DNA of 27,765 nucleotides from an uncultured virus (IMG/VR IMGVR_UViG_3300032218_002295) (IMGVR_UViG_3300032218_002295); one strand, 5' to 3'; positions 15,028 through 23,241 are shown, numbered from the stretch's first letter. The notes: generated by a model from the letters alone, not told the origin. Numbers and translations: made by a program.

Positions 15028-15332
15028 TGGCAACTAAGAAGAAAGCCGTAGCTGGTGGCAAAGAGTATAAAGGTTCTGCTGCTAATGGTGGCAGAAAAAT
15101 TATCGTAGAGCACTACAAAGATAGCTCCGGTAGGTGGAGAACTACCTCCAAGAATGCTGCTAAGGCTAAGTACGAGAAAAAACACGGCAAGTTACCTAAG
15201 GGCACAGACGTAGACCACAAAGATAATAACCACGATAATGATAGTGCTAGCAATCTTCGTCCCCTAAAGCACGGTAAAAATACTGCCAAAGAGAATAAAC
15301 GTCGCGCAGGCAAAAAGGAGAATCAGAAATGA
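15027..15332 (+). CDS. HNH-motif protein
   Basis: DVDHKDNNHDNDSASNLRPLKHGKN, an HNH/HNN beta-beta-alpha-metal signature. Confidence 0.8.
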   Translation: MATKKKAVAGGKEYKGSAANGGRKIIVEHYKDSSGRWRTTSKNAAKAKYEKKHGKLPKGTDVDHKDNNHDNDSASNLRPLKHGKNTAKENKRRAGKKENQK

Positions 15333-15514
15333 TTACAAACCCATCTTCCAATGTCAATGATCCTCGAGAAAAAGGCATGGATGATATTGATGCCCTAATT
15401 GCGGGCGGCGGCAAAAATATTGACTGGACTGTTATGGCCAGTCAGGCAGCAAAGGACTTACGTAAAAATAAGGCGCATATCGAAAACCGCAAGGACGAAG
15501 AGCCAAACTACTAA
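15329..15514 (+). CDS. Hypothetical protein
   Basis: AAGGAG SD, ATGA coupling, 61 aa. Confidence 0.7.
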   Translation: MITNPSSNVNDPREKGMDDIDALIAGGGKNIDWTVMASQAAKDLRKNKAHIENRKDEEPNY

Positions 15515-15550
15515 GTTAGCACGGACGTGGGGGCAAAAGATCAGGATACT
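15515..15550 (+). promoter_or_regulatory. Candidate late promoter P2
   Basis: GTTAG-CA-CGGAC-N18-GATACT, upstream of 15603. Confidence 0.5.
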
Positions 15551-15602
15551 TATACCCGCGCCCCGATCAGGCGCTTATACCACTCTAGAGAAAAGGTAAA
15601 TA

Positions 15603-16547
15603 ATGGCAACAAATAACGATGGACACGTACTTGATTCTTCAGGTAACGTAGCCGTAGATTTCGTATGGGGTAACTTTGCCCCTCAGCCTAATGACGTTCG
15701 ACTTGCATCACCTTCACAGACAGTCACTGTCGGTGGAAGCCAGAATGTTAGCTGGACAAACTATGGCACAAAGAACAGCGGATACCTAGATTTCGCAGCA
15801 GATAGCCACGCTATCATTGAAGCTGAGTGGTCAGGATACCCATCATTCACAGCAGGAACAGGAAAGTTCAACATCACCCAGGTTTCTGGCGATGGAACAA
15901 CCGTTCGCTTTGAGTCATACAACGAGCTTACAGCTGGAGATGTCGTTACTATCACAGGATGCGACACATTTAATCTTTCATCAGCTACAGTAGCTAAGGC
16001 TACACGTGATTACTTCACAGTAACCAATTCAACAACAGGTTCACTTATCAACATCAACAATGGTATCGTACAGCTTTCAAATGCTCTAACAGCAGCTGAT
16101 GGCGCATTTGTGTCAGGCGTTGCATATGTTCGTGTTCCAAATGTTGTTGGTCTTGTTCTCGCTTCAGCTCAAGATGCCCTTGCTGACGCAGAACTTACAG
16201 TAACAACCGCTTCTGCTGTAACCCCAGCTATCTCTAACGTAGCTCGTACAGGTACTTTGGTAACTATCACAACTGCAGCAGCTCATGGCTATGCAGCAGG
16301 TGACTCAGCTGTAATCGCAGCTGTAACTAACACAGCTGTAAACGGAACATTTACCCTTGTTTCAGCTTCAGGCTCAACCCTTACATACAACACTGTATCT
16401 TCCGGAACAATTGCTTCAGGCGCAGATACGGGTACTGTTAAGGTTGCAGCTCGTGCCAATACAGTTAAGACACAGTCTATTGCTGCTGGTACAGCTTCAG
16501 TTGCAGTTGCTGCCGCAATTACAATCACACCTTACTACGCTTCATAA
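15603..16547 (+). CDS. Probable virion protein with beta-rich repeats and a split PASTA-like domain
   Basis: VRVPNVVGLVLASAQDALADAELTV and TVKTQSIAAG...AAITIT (the two PASTA halves), plus two ~55-aa beta repeats. Codon bias resembles the major capsid gene. Confidence 0.8.
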   Translation: MATNNDGHVLDSSGNVAVDFVWGNFAPQPNDVRLASPSQTVTVGGSQNVSWTNYGTKNSGYLDFAADSHAIIEAEWSGYPSFTAGTGKFNITQVSGDGTTVRFESYNELTAGDVVTITGCDTFNLSSATVAKATRDYFTVTNSTTGSLININNGIVQLSNALTAADGAFVSGVAYVRVPNVVGLVLASAQDALADAELTVTTASAVTPAISNVARTGTLVTITTAAAHGYAAGDSAVIAAVTNTAVNGTFTLVSASGSTLTYNTVSSGTIASGADTGTVKVAARANTVKTQSIAAGTASVAVAAAITITPYYAS

Positions 16548-16560
16548 TCTCAACACAAAC

Positions 16561-16593
16561 AAAAAGCCCCCAGCTAATAACTGGGGGCTTTTT
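16561..16593. terminator. Bidirectional intrinsic terminator
   Basis: AAAAAGCCCCCAG-CTAATAA-CTGGGGGCTTTTT between convergent genes. Confidence 0.9.
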
Positions 16594-16603
16594 GCTTTGC
16601 TAA

Positions 16604-17143
16604 TTATCCGGGAAATTTAGATAACCAGATTGTCACAGCTGGTTCTGATGCAGACCCATCGTATGCATTAGGGCCTACGCCCCAAGATCCAAAGTTCTCA
16701 CCATGTGAGCTCATGTAGTATGCGGCTTGAGCATTTGTAACTGGATCGAGTAGCTCAGCATCTTTAGAGATACCAAACTTTTCCCGTCGTTCTGATCCTA
16801 GGCTTCCTCGCATGTTAATTTGAAAAAGACCATAAGAATCGTCGCCAGTTGATGCGTTTCCATTATGGGATAGGGGATGGCCACGAGATTCTCTCATTAC
16901 AATGGCCCAGGCAGTTCTTAGAGATTTTCCTGAAAAACCTACTAACTTGAGTAGATCTGCCAGTTCCGTATCTGAGAGGCTTGTTGCTCCCCGATATTGG
17001 TCTAAGCCTGTCTTTACTTGTGTAGACACAGTTGACCCGTCATTAACGGGACCTGCGGGTTCTGCGGCCCAAGCCGATTGACTTAAAGGAAGTAGAACCG
17101 TTAAAGCTAATACACTTACTTTACGTTTTCCATTAAAATTCAC
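16604..17143 (-). CDS. Secreted lysozyme-like / SLT lytic transglycosylase
   Basis: Signal peptide ending AWA, AIVMRES (catalytic Glu), DSYGLFQIN, LLDPVTNAQAA. AGGAG SD before GTG. Confidence 0.9.
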   Translation of the reverse strand: MNFNGKRKVSVLALTVLLPLSQSAWAAEPAGPVNDGSTVSTQVKTGLDQYRGATSLSDTELADLLKLVGFSGKSLRTAWAIVMRESRGHPLSHNGNASTGDDSYGLFQINMRGSLGSERREKFGISKDAELLDPVTNAQAAYYMSSHGENFGSWGVGPNAYDGSASEPAVTIWLSKFPG

Positions 17144-17280
17144 ACTATCTCCTAGGCTAGAAGGCCAGTTCTTACCCTATATGACTGTCACTCATATAAA
17201 GCAACCTAGCGTCTGTCTGCTAGGTTCGTACTGCAACCCTTTTGTTACGTAGTTAGTGATGGCCCAGTCGCCTGGGCCAT
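17144..17280 (-). promoter_or_regulatory. Structured 5' leader (four hairpins) of the transglycosylase gene
   Basis: ATGGCCCAG-GCGA-CTGGGCCAT; GTAAC/GTTGC stem; AACCTAGC-AGACAGAC-GCTAGGTT; TATATGA-GTGACAG-TCATATA; then the SD. Confidence 0.65.
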
Positions 17281-17286
17281 GGATAT

Positions 17287-17316
17287 ACCGTAGCAGTAAC
17301 TACAGGGGGTCTGCAA
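17287..17316 (-). promoter_or_regulatory. SigA-type promoter of the transglycosylase gene
   Basis: TTGCAG-N18-TACGGT with TGn extension. The predicted +1 falls at the first base of the GNRA hairpin. Confidence 0.55.
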
Positions 17317-17362
17317 CCGCCAACGTGCGGTAGACTTTATTGTTCTAGAAAGGACGCTAAGT

Positions 17363-17626
17363 ATGCCAAAATGCAATATTTGTGATAATAAGGCAGTATT
17401 CCAGATAAATAACCCTGGAGCTGAGGTTCAACGTTTTTGTAGTGAACACCTGCCATGGTTTATTAACCGCGTAATTCTACCTGCACACGTACAAGTTTTG
17501 AATGAACCAAAGCCAGAACCAGTGAAGGAAGATAAGGCAGCTAATGAGAGTCGAAAGAATAGCAACAAAGCAAGTACACCCGGTACCGACGAAAGTGCAC
17601 CAGCCGAGGGGTCCCTTCCCGCCTGA
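17363..17626 (+). CDS. Small zinc-binding protein (CNIC...FCSEH)
   Basis: AAGGA SD; CxxC plus CxxH; TAGACT -10 upstream. Confidence 0.7.
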   Translation: MPKCNICDNKAVFQINNPGAEVQRFCSEHLPWFINRVILPAHVQVLNEPKPEPVKEDKAANESRKNSNKASTPGTDESAPAEGSLPA

Positions 17627-17801
17627 GGTTTTAGCCGAGTCTAAAATTGTTAGAGACTACATTAAGCAGGCAGATGACGGTGGAGAACAGGATTCTGTAG
17701 AGGGTACCGCCCAAAACAACTTTCAGCCAACTCGTTGGTTTAGATGCAATGATTGCAGTATGCTTGTATCAGAGGCTCAATTAGAAACCCACTCTTGTTA
17801 A
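17544..17801 (+). CDS. Hypothetical protein with C-terminal zinc finger (CNDC...HSC)
   Basis: FRCNDCSMLVSEAQLETHSC; TAAGG SD. Overlaps the disordered tail of the previous ORF by 83 nt. Confidence 0.7.
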   Translation: MRVERIATKQVHPVPTKVHQPRGPFPPEVLAESKIVRDYIKQADDGGEQDSVEGTAQNNFQPTRWFRCNDCSMLVSEAQLETHSC

Positions 17802-17809
17802 GGTAACAC

Positions 17810-18433
17810 ATGTCAGACTCACTTGCGGAACAGTATCGAAAATTAGCTCAAGTAGAGCTTAATCGTGGTTCTCGCATGAGCAATGCCGATAGATCTAGAT
17901 TTAACCAACTTGCTACTCAAAAGATCATTAATGACAAAATCGCTAAAGATATTGAAAAGGGTCGTCAATACCTAAAAGAGGCTGAAGAACTCTTTGGAAC
18001 TACTGAGCCAGGTAAGCCAAATAACGTAGTTGATTACCGTTATGACCTTAGAGAGTATTACGGGGCTAATGGTCATTATATATCTCCTGAAGACATGGTT
18101 TTACATGGTCCGGCTGATTTTTCTGGAATTGATGTAGAAGTACCTACATCCACCAGTATGCCAGATCGTCCCCGCACTGTAGCTGCTGCCTATGACCGTG
18201 GGCGTAAGACTTTGACCATAGTTTTTGGTACAGGCAAGATTTATAACTATTATGATGTTGAAGACGGGGAATGGGTAGATTTTAAGAATTTAGACACAAA
18301 ATGGAAATACATACGAGATGTACTTGATAATAAACCTCGTGGTTATGCTAATAGGGGTCAAATTCCTCCACAGCTAAACTACGTAGCTTATCGAGCATAT
18401 CGTCTATCTCAGATTGGAAAAACTCTAAAGTAA
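17810..18433 (+). CDS. KTSC-domain protein
   Basis: AAAYDRGRKTLTIVFGTGKIYNYYDVEDGEWVDFKNLDTKWKYI follows the KTSC pattern (YD...L.I.F..G..Y.Y..V....F....S/TK.Y). Confidence 0.8.
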   Translation: MSDSLAEQYRKLAQVELNRGSRMSNADRSRFNQLATQKIINDKIAKDIEKGRQYLKEAEELFGTTEPGKPNNVVDYRYDLREYYGANGHYISPEDMVLHGPADFSGIDVEVPTSTSMPDRPRTVAAAYDRGRKTLTIVFGTGKIYNYYDVEDGEWVDFKNLDTKWKYIRDVLDNKPRGYANRGQIPPQLNYVAYRAYRLSQIGKTLK

Positions 18434-18744
18434 TGGCACAGACACGGGATATAGGGCAATTCTACTGGCACGGTATTAAATATTCAGTTAAGCCTAAAGA
18501 ACTTAAAGAACCGGCAGAAACCCAAGAGATAGATCCACCTTTTAGATTTGGAAAAGGCTATGCATTTCGCCTACCATTTAGCAGACGAGGCCTTGTAATA
18601 GGCCGTTGGAGAGAGACCGGCTTTAATGAGCATGAAGCCCTTACCTTTGCTGTAAACGGACGCGGCCTTACCAAGGATGAGATAGACTTAGATTATATTA
18701 GATATGGGGCAAAAGATGATTCAGATAAAGTTCAAAAAGCGTAA
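18433..18744 (+). CDS. Hypothetical protein
   Basis: TAATG coupling, 103 aa. Confidence 0.75.
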   Translation: MAQTRDIGQFYWHGIKYSVKPKELKEPAETQEIDPPFRFGKGYAFRLPFSRRGLVIGRWRETGFNEHEALTFAVNGRGLTKDEIDLDYIRYGAKDDSDKVQKA

Positions 18745-18967
18745 AAAGTCTATTCAGAGAGAACTAACTCGAGTTCAGAAGAGAATTCAGCTTTTGAACA
18801 ATGACGATCTTGTTGCATGGGCTGAAAACTCTATTTATGATATTGCTAGAAACCTTTCGTCCTGGAGAAAGACAAAAGACCCTTTTTACTTAGACGAAGC
18901 AAATATGGCATCTGAAGTTCTTCATGAGGCTATCCACCTAGTTCATAAGAGAGAAACTGATGCGTGA
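18704..18967 (+). CDS. Hypothetical helical protein immediately upstream of terminase
   Basis: Overlaps the terminase start. Alternative ATG at 18716. Confidence 0.7.
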   Translation: MGQKMIQIKFKKRKKSIQRELTRVQKRIQLLNNDDLVAWAENSIYDIARNLSSWRKTKDPFYLDEANMASEVLHEAIHLVHKRETDA

Positions 18968-20648
18968 AGATTATGATTTTGAAGACTTTGAGCAAAATAG
19001 CGACGAGTTTGATTTAGCTGATGACATCCTTAATTTTGAGGATGAAGAAGAGGAAGTAGAATATGAGCCCGAAGAAGAAGACGATGATCTTGATGATGGT
19101 GATCCTGACGGCTTTACTCCCCTTAGCGATGAAGAGTTTGAAGAAGAAGATGATGGGTTGGATGAGCTCTCTAGAGAGTTCGTTGCATCACTTGTAGATA
19201 AAATTATGTCTTTCATGAAGCTCCTAGTGGGCCATGATCTACACCCATATCAGAAGCCTTTAGCACGCCGAATTATTGAGTCAGTAATTATTAATGACGG
19301 TGAAGAAGTAACAGCTCTTGCAGCACGTCAGTCAGGTAAATCTGAAACTATTGCTAATACTGTAGCTACCCTTATGGTTATTCTTCCACGCTTGGCACGC
19401 ATGTATCCTGACCTATTAGGAAAGTTTGGGGACGGTATCTGGGTTGGCATGTTTGCTCCTGTACAAGCACAGGCAGAAACATTGTACTCTAGAACCGTAT
19501 CCCGCCTAACAAGTGAGAATGCTCTTGAGATCCTCGGAGATCCCGAGATTGACGATGCCACAGCTAAAAGCCCAGGAGTTACACGAAATATTAAACTTAA
19601 GAACTCTGGCTCTACCCTTATGATGATGACAGCCAACCCAAGAGCTAAAATTGAATCTAAGTCTTTTCACTTAATAATTATTGATGAGTGTCAAGAAGCA
19701 GATGACTTTATTGTTTCTAAGTCTATTTCCCCTATGGGAGCTTATTACAACGCTACAATTGTAAAGACTGGTACCCCAACAACTTCTAAGAATAACTTTT
19801 ATAGGGCTATTCAACTTAACAAACGACGTCAAACAAGCCGTTCTTCCAAACAGAACCATTTTCAATGGGACTGGAAAGATGTGGCAAAATTTAACGCTAA
19901 CTATGAAAAGTTCATCCGTAAAGAAATGCTGCGAGTGGGAGAAGAGTCTGATGAATTTCAGATGTCTTATAATTGCAAGTGGTTGCTAGAACGAGGTATG
20001 TTCATCACCTCAGGAATTATGGACGATCTTGGGGATACATCTCAAGAAGTGCAGAAGTCATACCATATGTCGCCCGTAGTTGTGGGTATTAATCCAGCCC
20101 GTAAAATGGACTCTACAGTTGTAACAGTAGTGTGGGTTGACTGGGACCGTCCAGATGAGTTTGGATATTACGATCATAGAGTACTTAATTGGCTAGAAAT
20201 CCAAGGAGATGACTGGGAAGAGCAGTATTTCCAAATAGTAAACTTCTTAGGAAACTATGACGTATATGCCGTAGCTGTAGACGCTAACGGTGTAGGAGAT
20301 GCCGTAGCCCAACGTTTAAAGATGCTATTACCTAGAGCTGAGGTAATGTCTATAACCTCCAGCCCCACCGAACAATCTAAGCGTTGGAAGCACATGCAAG
20401 CCCTTATTCAACGTCAGTTAATTTCATGGCCTGCCCATGCAAAGACTCGACGCCTAAGAATTTGGAAGCGTTTTTATCAGCAGATGGTGGATGCTGAAGT
20501 TCGGTATAAAGGACCTAACTTTTTAGTGGCTGCCCCCGATGAAGCTCATGCCCACGATGACTTTGTTGACTCCTTGGCCCTGGCCTGTTCATTAACTCAA
20601 GAGCTAGTTATGCCTACTGTTGAAGTTAGTTCGTCACCGTTCTTTTAA
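18960..20648 (+). CDS. terL: Terminase large subunit
   Basis: LHPYQ Q-motif, Walker A ARQSGKS, Walker B LIIIDE, coupling motif GTP, VAVDANGVG, and C-terminal HDDFVDSLALA. Confidence 0.95.
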   Translation: MREDYDFEDFEQNSDEFDLADDILNFEDEEEEVEYEPEEEDDDLDDGDPDGFTPLSDEEFEEEDDGLDELSREFVASLVDKIMSFMKLLVGHDLHPYQKPLARRIIESVIINDGEEVTALAARQSGKSETIANTVATLMVILPRLARMYPDLLGKFGDGIWVGMFAPVQAQAETLYSRTVSRLTSENALEILGDPEIDDATAKSPGVTRNIKLKNSGSTLMMMTANPRAKIESKSFHLIIIDECQEADDFIVSKSISPMGAYYNATIVKTGTPTTSKNNFYRAIQLNKRRQTSRSSKQNHFQWDWKDVAKFNANYEKFIRKEMLRVGEESDEFQMSYNCKWLLERGMFITSGIMDDLGDTSQEVQKSYHMSPVVVGINPARKMDSTVVTVVWVDWDRPDEFGYYDHRVLNWLEIQGDDWEEQYFQIVNFLGNYDVYAVAVDANGVGDAVAQRLKMLLPRAEVMSITSSPTEQSKRWKHMQALIQRQLISWPAHAKTRRLRIWKRFYQQMVDAEVRYKGPNFLVAAPDEAHAHDDFVDSLALACSLTQELVMPTVEVSSSPFF

Positions 20649-20659
20649 ATAACCTCAAG

Positions 20660-20695
20660 GTTTAGACACTAAAAACACCTATTTGGGTGGAAACT
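20660..20695 (+). promoter_or_regulatory. Candidate late promoter P3
   Basis: GTTTA-N25-GAAACT, containing GACAC. Confidence 0.55.
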
Positions 20696-20736
20696 ATACC
20701 CGAGGACCTCAATCCCAACCCTATAGGAGAAAAACA

Positions 20737-21141
20737 ATGGCAGAAAACATTGCACCAAACCCAGGATTCCCTGAGAAGGTTGGCGCCACTTACGAACGTA
20801 AGATGAGCCCAGCTGCTCCAGGTCTCCGTGGACCACTTCGTTTTGAAGAAGGTATTGCTACAGATACTGACGTACCTAATGATTTCCAACTTGGAATTAA
20901 TCAGGGATACGACACTCCAGCTAGTCGTCCAAACCACAATGAAGCTGTGCACACTAAGCCAGCTGCAGAAACAATGAGCGAGCGCGCTCACGTAGGTTCT
21001 GCTGCTTGGGTAGAAGCACCAACATTCATTTCTGAATACGAGAACGGTAACTTTCAGGATTATGCTGAAGCTACTATTGAAGAAGTATTCCGTAGTGGCG
21101 GTCGCTACGAGCGTCCTAACCCAGCTCGAGTTAACGACTAA
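20737..21141 (+). CDS. Probable head-associated hypothetical protein (MAENIAPNPGFPE...)
   Basis: AGGAGA SD before ATG at 20737 (track start 20683 is too long). High-expression codon style; lies between terminase and portal. Confidence 0.8.
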   Translation: MAENIAPNPGFPEKVGATYERKMSPAAPGLRGPLRFEEGIATDTDVPNDFQLGINQGYDTPASRPNHNEAVHTKPAAETMSERAHVGSAAWVEAPTFISEYENGNFQDYAEATIEEVFRSGGRYERPNPARVND

Positions 21142-21160
21142 CTAAGGTACAATTTAAGTA

Positions 21161-21201
21161 GGGTACCCGGTCTTGTACCCCTTCTCCGAGACCGGGCACC
21201 C
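21161..21201 (+). other. Intergenic stem-loop
   Basis: GGGTACCCGGTCTTG...CGAGACCGGGCACCC, ~15 bp, preceded by TACAAT (21148-21153) and followed by an AGGAG SD. Confidence 0.6.
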
Positions 21202-21220
21202 CTTAATTTAGGAGATAACT

Positions 21221-21490
21221 GTGGCAAAAGTTGCTAAGAACCAGAAGTTGTGGAACAGCATCATGCGACAGGCAAAATCTAAATATCCAACAAGAAGTCC
21301 AAATGCTCACACAAATCAAGCAGCTAATCGTTGGGCCTCACAAGAATATGCACGTGAGGGTGGAGAATGGGTAAGCTCTATCAGAGAAGTTCCAGGAAAT
21401 CTTAGAGATCTTAAAACTGAAGCAGTTAAAAAGAAAAAAGCAAAGATAGCAAAAATTAAACGAGATAAAAAAAGGGCGGGGTTAGTTTAA
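21221..21490 (+). CDS. Small basic hypothetical protein
   Basis: AGGAG SD, GTG start; NQKLWNSI...AKSKYP...WASQEYAREGGEW. Confidence 0.8.
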   Translation: MAKVAKNQKLWNSIMRQAKSKYPTRSPNAHTNQAANRWASQEYAREGGEWVSSIREVPGNLRDLKTEAVKKKKAKIAKIKRDKKRAGLV

Positions 21491-21493
21491 TAA

Positions 21494-23200
21494 ATGAGTA
21501 TTGATTTTAGTCCTCCGTCGTATAGAGCCGCGTCCTCTGATCTTACTATTTCTATTTCCCCACTGGGACTTGTTGAACTTGCTGATGAAGAGTTTGAAGT
21601 ACACGGTCCTCGTCTAAACCGGTACTCACTTAACTGGGCAATGTATCTCGGCCACCACTGGCCTTATCGCCGTGAACTTGGCGAATCACAGATGGTATAT
21701 AACTACTACCGTGCATTTACAGATTATTTAATTAACTTTACTTTTGGTCGCGGAGCATCATTCCGTAGCCCCCACTCAACTGAAGCAATCATTCCAGACA
21801 TCTTAAAGCGTGTGTGGGAAACTGATAATGATAAGCATGGTGTTCTTTGGGAAATGGGACAGCAAGGCGGGGTCTCAGGAGACTGCTTTGTTAAAGTAGC
21901 CTATGAAGAGGGTTTTGAAGATCCATCAGGACGTAAGCATCCAGGAAAGGTTCGTGTTCTTCCTTTAAATGCTTCTTTCTGTTTTCCAGAGTTTCACCCA
22001 CACGATCGTTCTCGTCTTATTAGATTTAAACTCAAGTATCGTTTCTGGGGTACATCTCTAGAAGGTACTCGTCAGGTATATACATACACTGAGATTCTTA
22101 CAGACGATCGCATTGAAGAATATATCAATGACGAACTTATTGATTCACGCCCTAATCCAATTGGCGTAGTTCCTATTGTTCATATCCCTAACGTACGTGT
22201 ATCAGGTTCCCCATGGGGACTTTCTGATTGTCACGACATCATCGTACTTAATCGTAATTATAACGAAGTAGCTACAGACGTTGCAGACATCATTAACTAC
22301 CATGCGGCACCCGTTACAGTTATTACCGGTGCTAAGGCCTCGTCCCTAGAAAAGGGACCTAAAAAGGTCTGGGGCGGTCTTCCTAAAGACGCCCAAGTCT
22401 TTAACCTTGAGGGCGGAGGATCCGGCCTTGACGGTGCTATGAAATATCTAGAAATCATTAAGCGTGCTATGCACGAAATGATTGGTGTTCCAGAAACTGC
22501 ACTTGGTCAGATCCAGCCTATTTCTAATACCTCTGGTGTGGCGTTGTCTATTCAATTCCAGCCATTGATGAATCGCTATCAGCAAAAAATAGTTCAGTAT
22601 GGTGAGGGTCTTCGTAGAATCAACGAGCTTATTCTTTTGACCGTTGCTTTAAAAGAACCAGAATTACTTACCTACAACCCAGACTTTAATGGTCCAATTC
22701 GTGGAGATCAACTTCCCGTATTAGATCCAAATAATTCAATGACCTACCAGAGCGTAGTTCATTTCCCACAACCTCTACCTCTCGATAAGCTCATTGTTCT
22801 TAATGAGATCCAGAGTAAGATGGGTCTTAATCTTGAGAGCCGTCGTGGAGCCCTTGCTACTCTTGGCGAAGAATTCCCAGATGAAAAGCTTGAAGAGATT
22901 CGTACAGAGCTTATTGAAGACGCCAAATCAGACGGCGCACTTAACCTACTCAAAGCACAGGTTAACTCAGCTATTGCCTCTCTCACCGGAATTATCCCTG
23001 ACGGTGGTGGGGAATTGCCTCCAGGAGCTGCTCCTGGGGACGGGACCGGTCCAGGACCTAGCGGACAGCCTGGGGTTGTTACCCCATTTGAGGCTCAGAC
23101 TCTGGATGAGATGGCATCAGAACTCGTTACCAAAGCCTATGGAACTAAACTTCCAACACAGCGTGGTGGCGATGACGATATGAAGTACCCAGAAGGGTAA
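21494..23200 (+). CDS. Portal protein (SPP1 gp6-like)
   Basis: 568 aa after terminase; YNYYRAFTD, NPIGVVPIVHIPN, PWGLSD and NTSGVALSI motifs typical of the family. Confidence 0.9.
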   Translation: MSIDFSPPSYRAASSDLTISISPLGLVELADEEFEVHGPRLNRYSLNWAMYLGHHWPYRRELGESQMVYNYYRAFTDYLINFTFGRGASFRSPHSTEAIIPDILKRVWETDNDKHGVLWEMGQQGGVSGDCFVKVAYEEGFEDPSGRKHPGKVRVLPLNASFCFPEFHPHDRSRLIRFKLKYRFWGTSLEGTRQVYTYTEILTDDRIEEYINDELIDSRPNPIGVVPIVHIPNVRVSGSPWGLSDCHDIIVLNRNYNEVATDVADIINYHAAPVTVITGAKASSLEKGPKKVWGGLPKDAQVFNLEGGGSGLDGAMKYLEIIKRAMHEMIGVPETALGQIQPISNTSGVALSIQFQPLMNRYQQKIVQYGEGLRRINELILLTVALKEPELLTYNPDFNGPIRGDQLPVLDPNNSMTYQSVVHFPQPLPLDKLIVLNEIQSKMGLNLESRRGALATLGEEFPDEKLEEIRTELIEDAKSDGALNLLKAQVNSAIASLTGIIPDGGGELPPGAAPGDGTGPGPSGQPGVVTPFEAQTLDEMASELVTKAYGTKLPTQRGGDDDMKYPEG

Positions 23201-23205
23201 AAAAC

Positions 23206-23241
23206 GTTTAGGCTGACAAACTCCTTAATTTTTGGAAGCCT
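23206..23241 (+). promoter_or_regulatory. Candidate late promoter P4 (scaffold-capsid)
   Basis: GTTTA-GG-CTGAC-N18-AAGCCT. Confidence 0.55.

Noticed and set aside
15027..15332. Mobile homing endonuclease or intron
   Set aside because: The gene is translationally coupled on both sides and interrupts nothing. No intron structure was seen.
17180..17195. ATGAGTGACAGTCAT on the minus strand recalls the 5' part of actinobacterial SAM-IV riboswitches
   Set aside because: The downstream SAM-IV core (GGCAACCC...GGGGUGC) is absent and the segment forms a self-contained hairpin.
17144..17280. c-di-AMP (ydaO) riboswitch, expected from gene context
   Set aside because: No GCUGAA / GGGGGA / GUCAGCUAAC consensus blocks are visible. 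Kept only as an unknown structured leader.
8326..17307. Shared 13-mer AGTAACTACAGGG at 8326-8338 and 17295-17307, both intergenic
   Set aside because: Several 13-mer matches are expected by chance in a window this size. There are only two copies and their promoter contexts differ.
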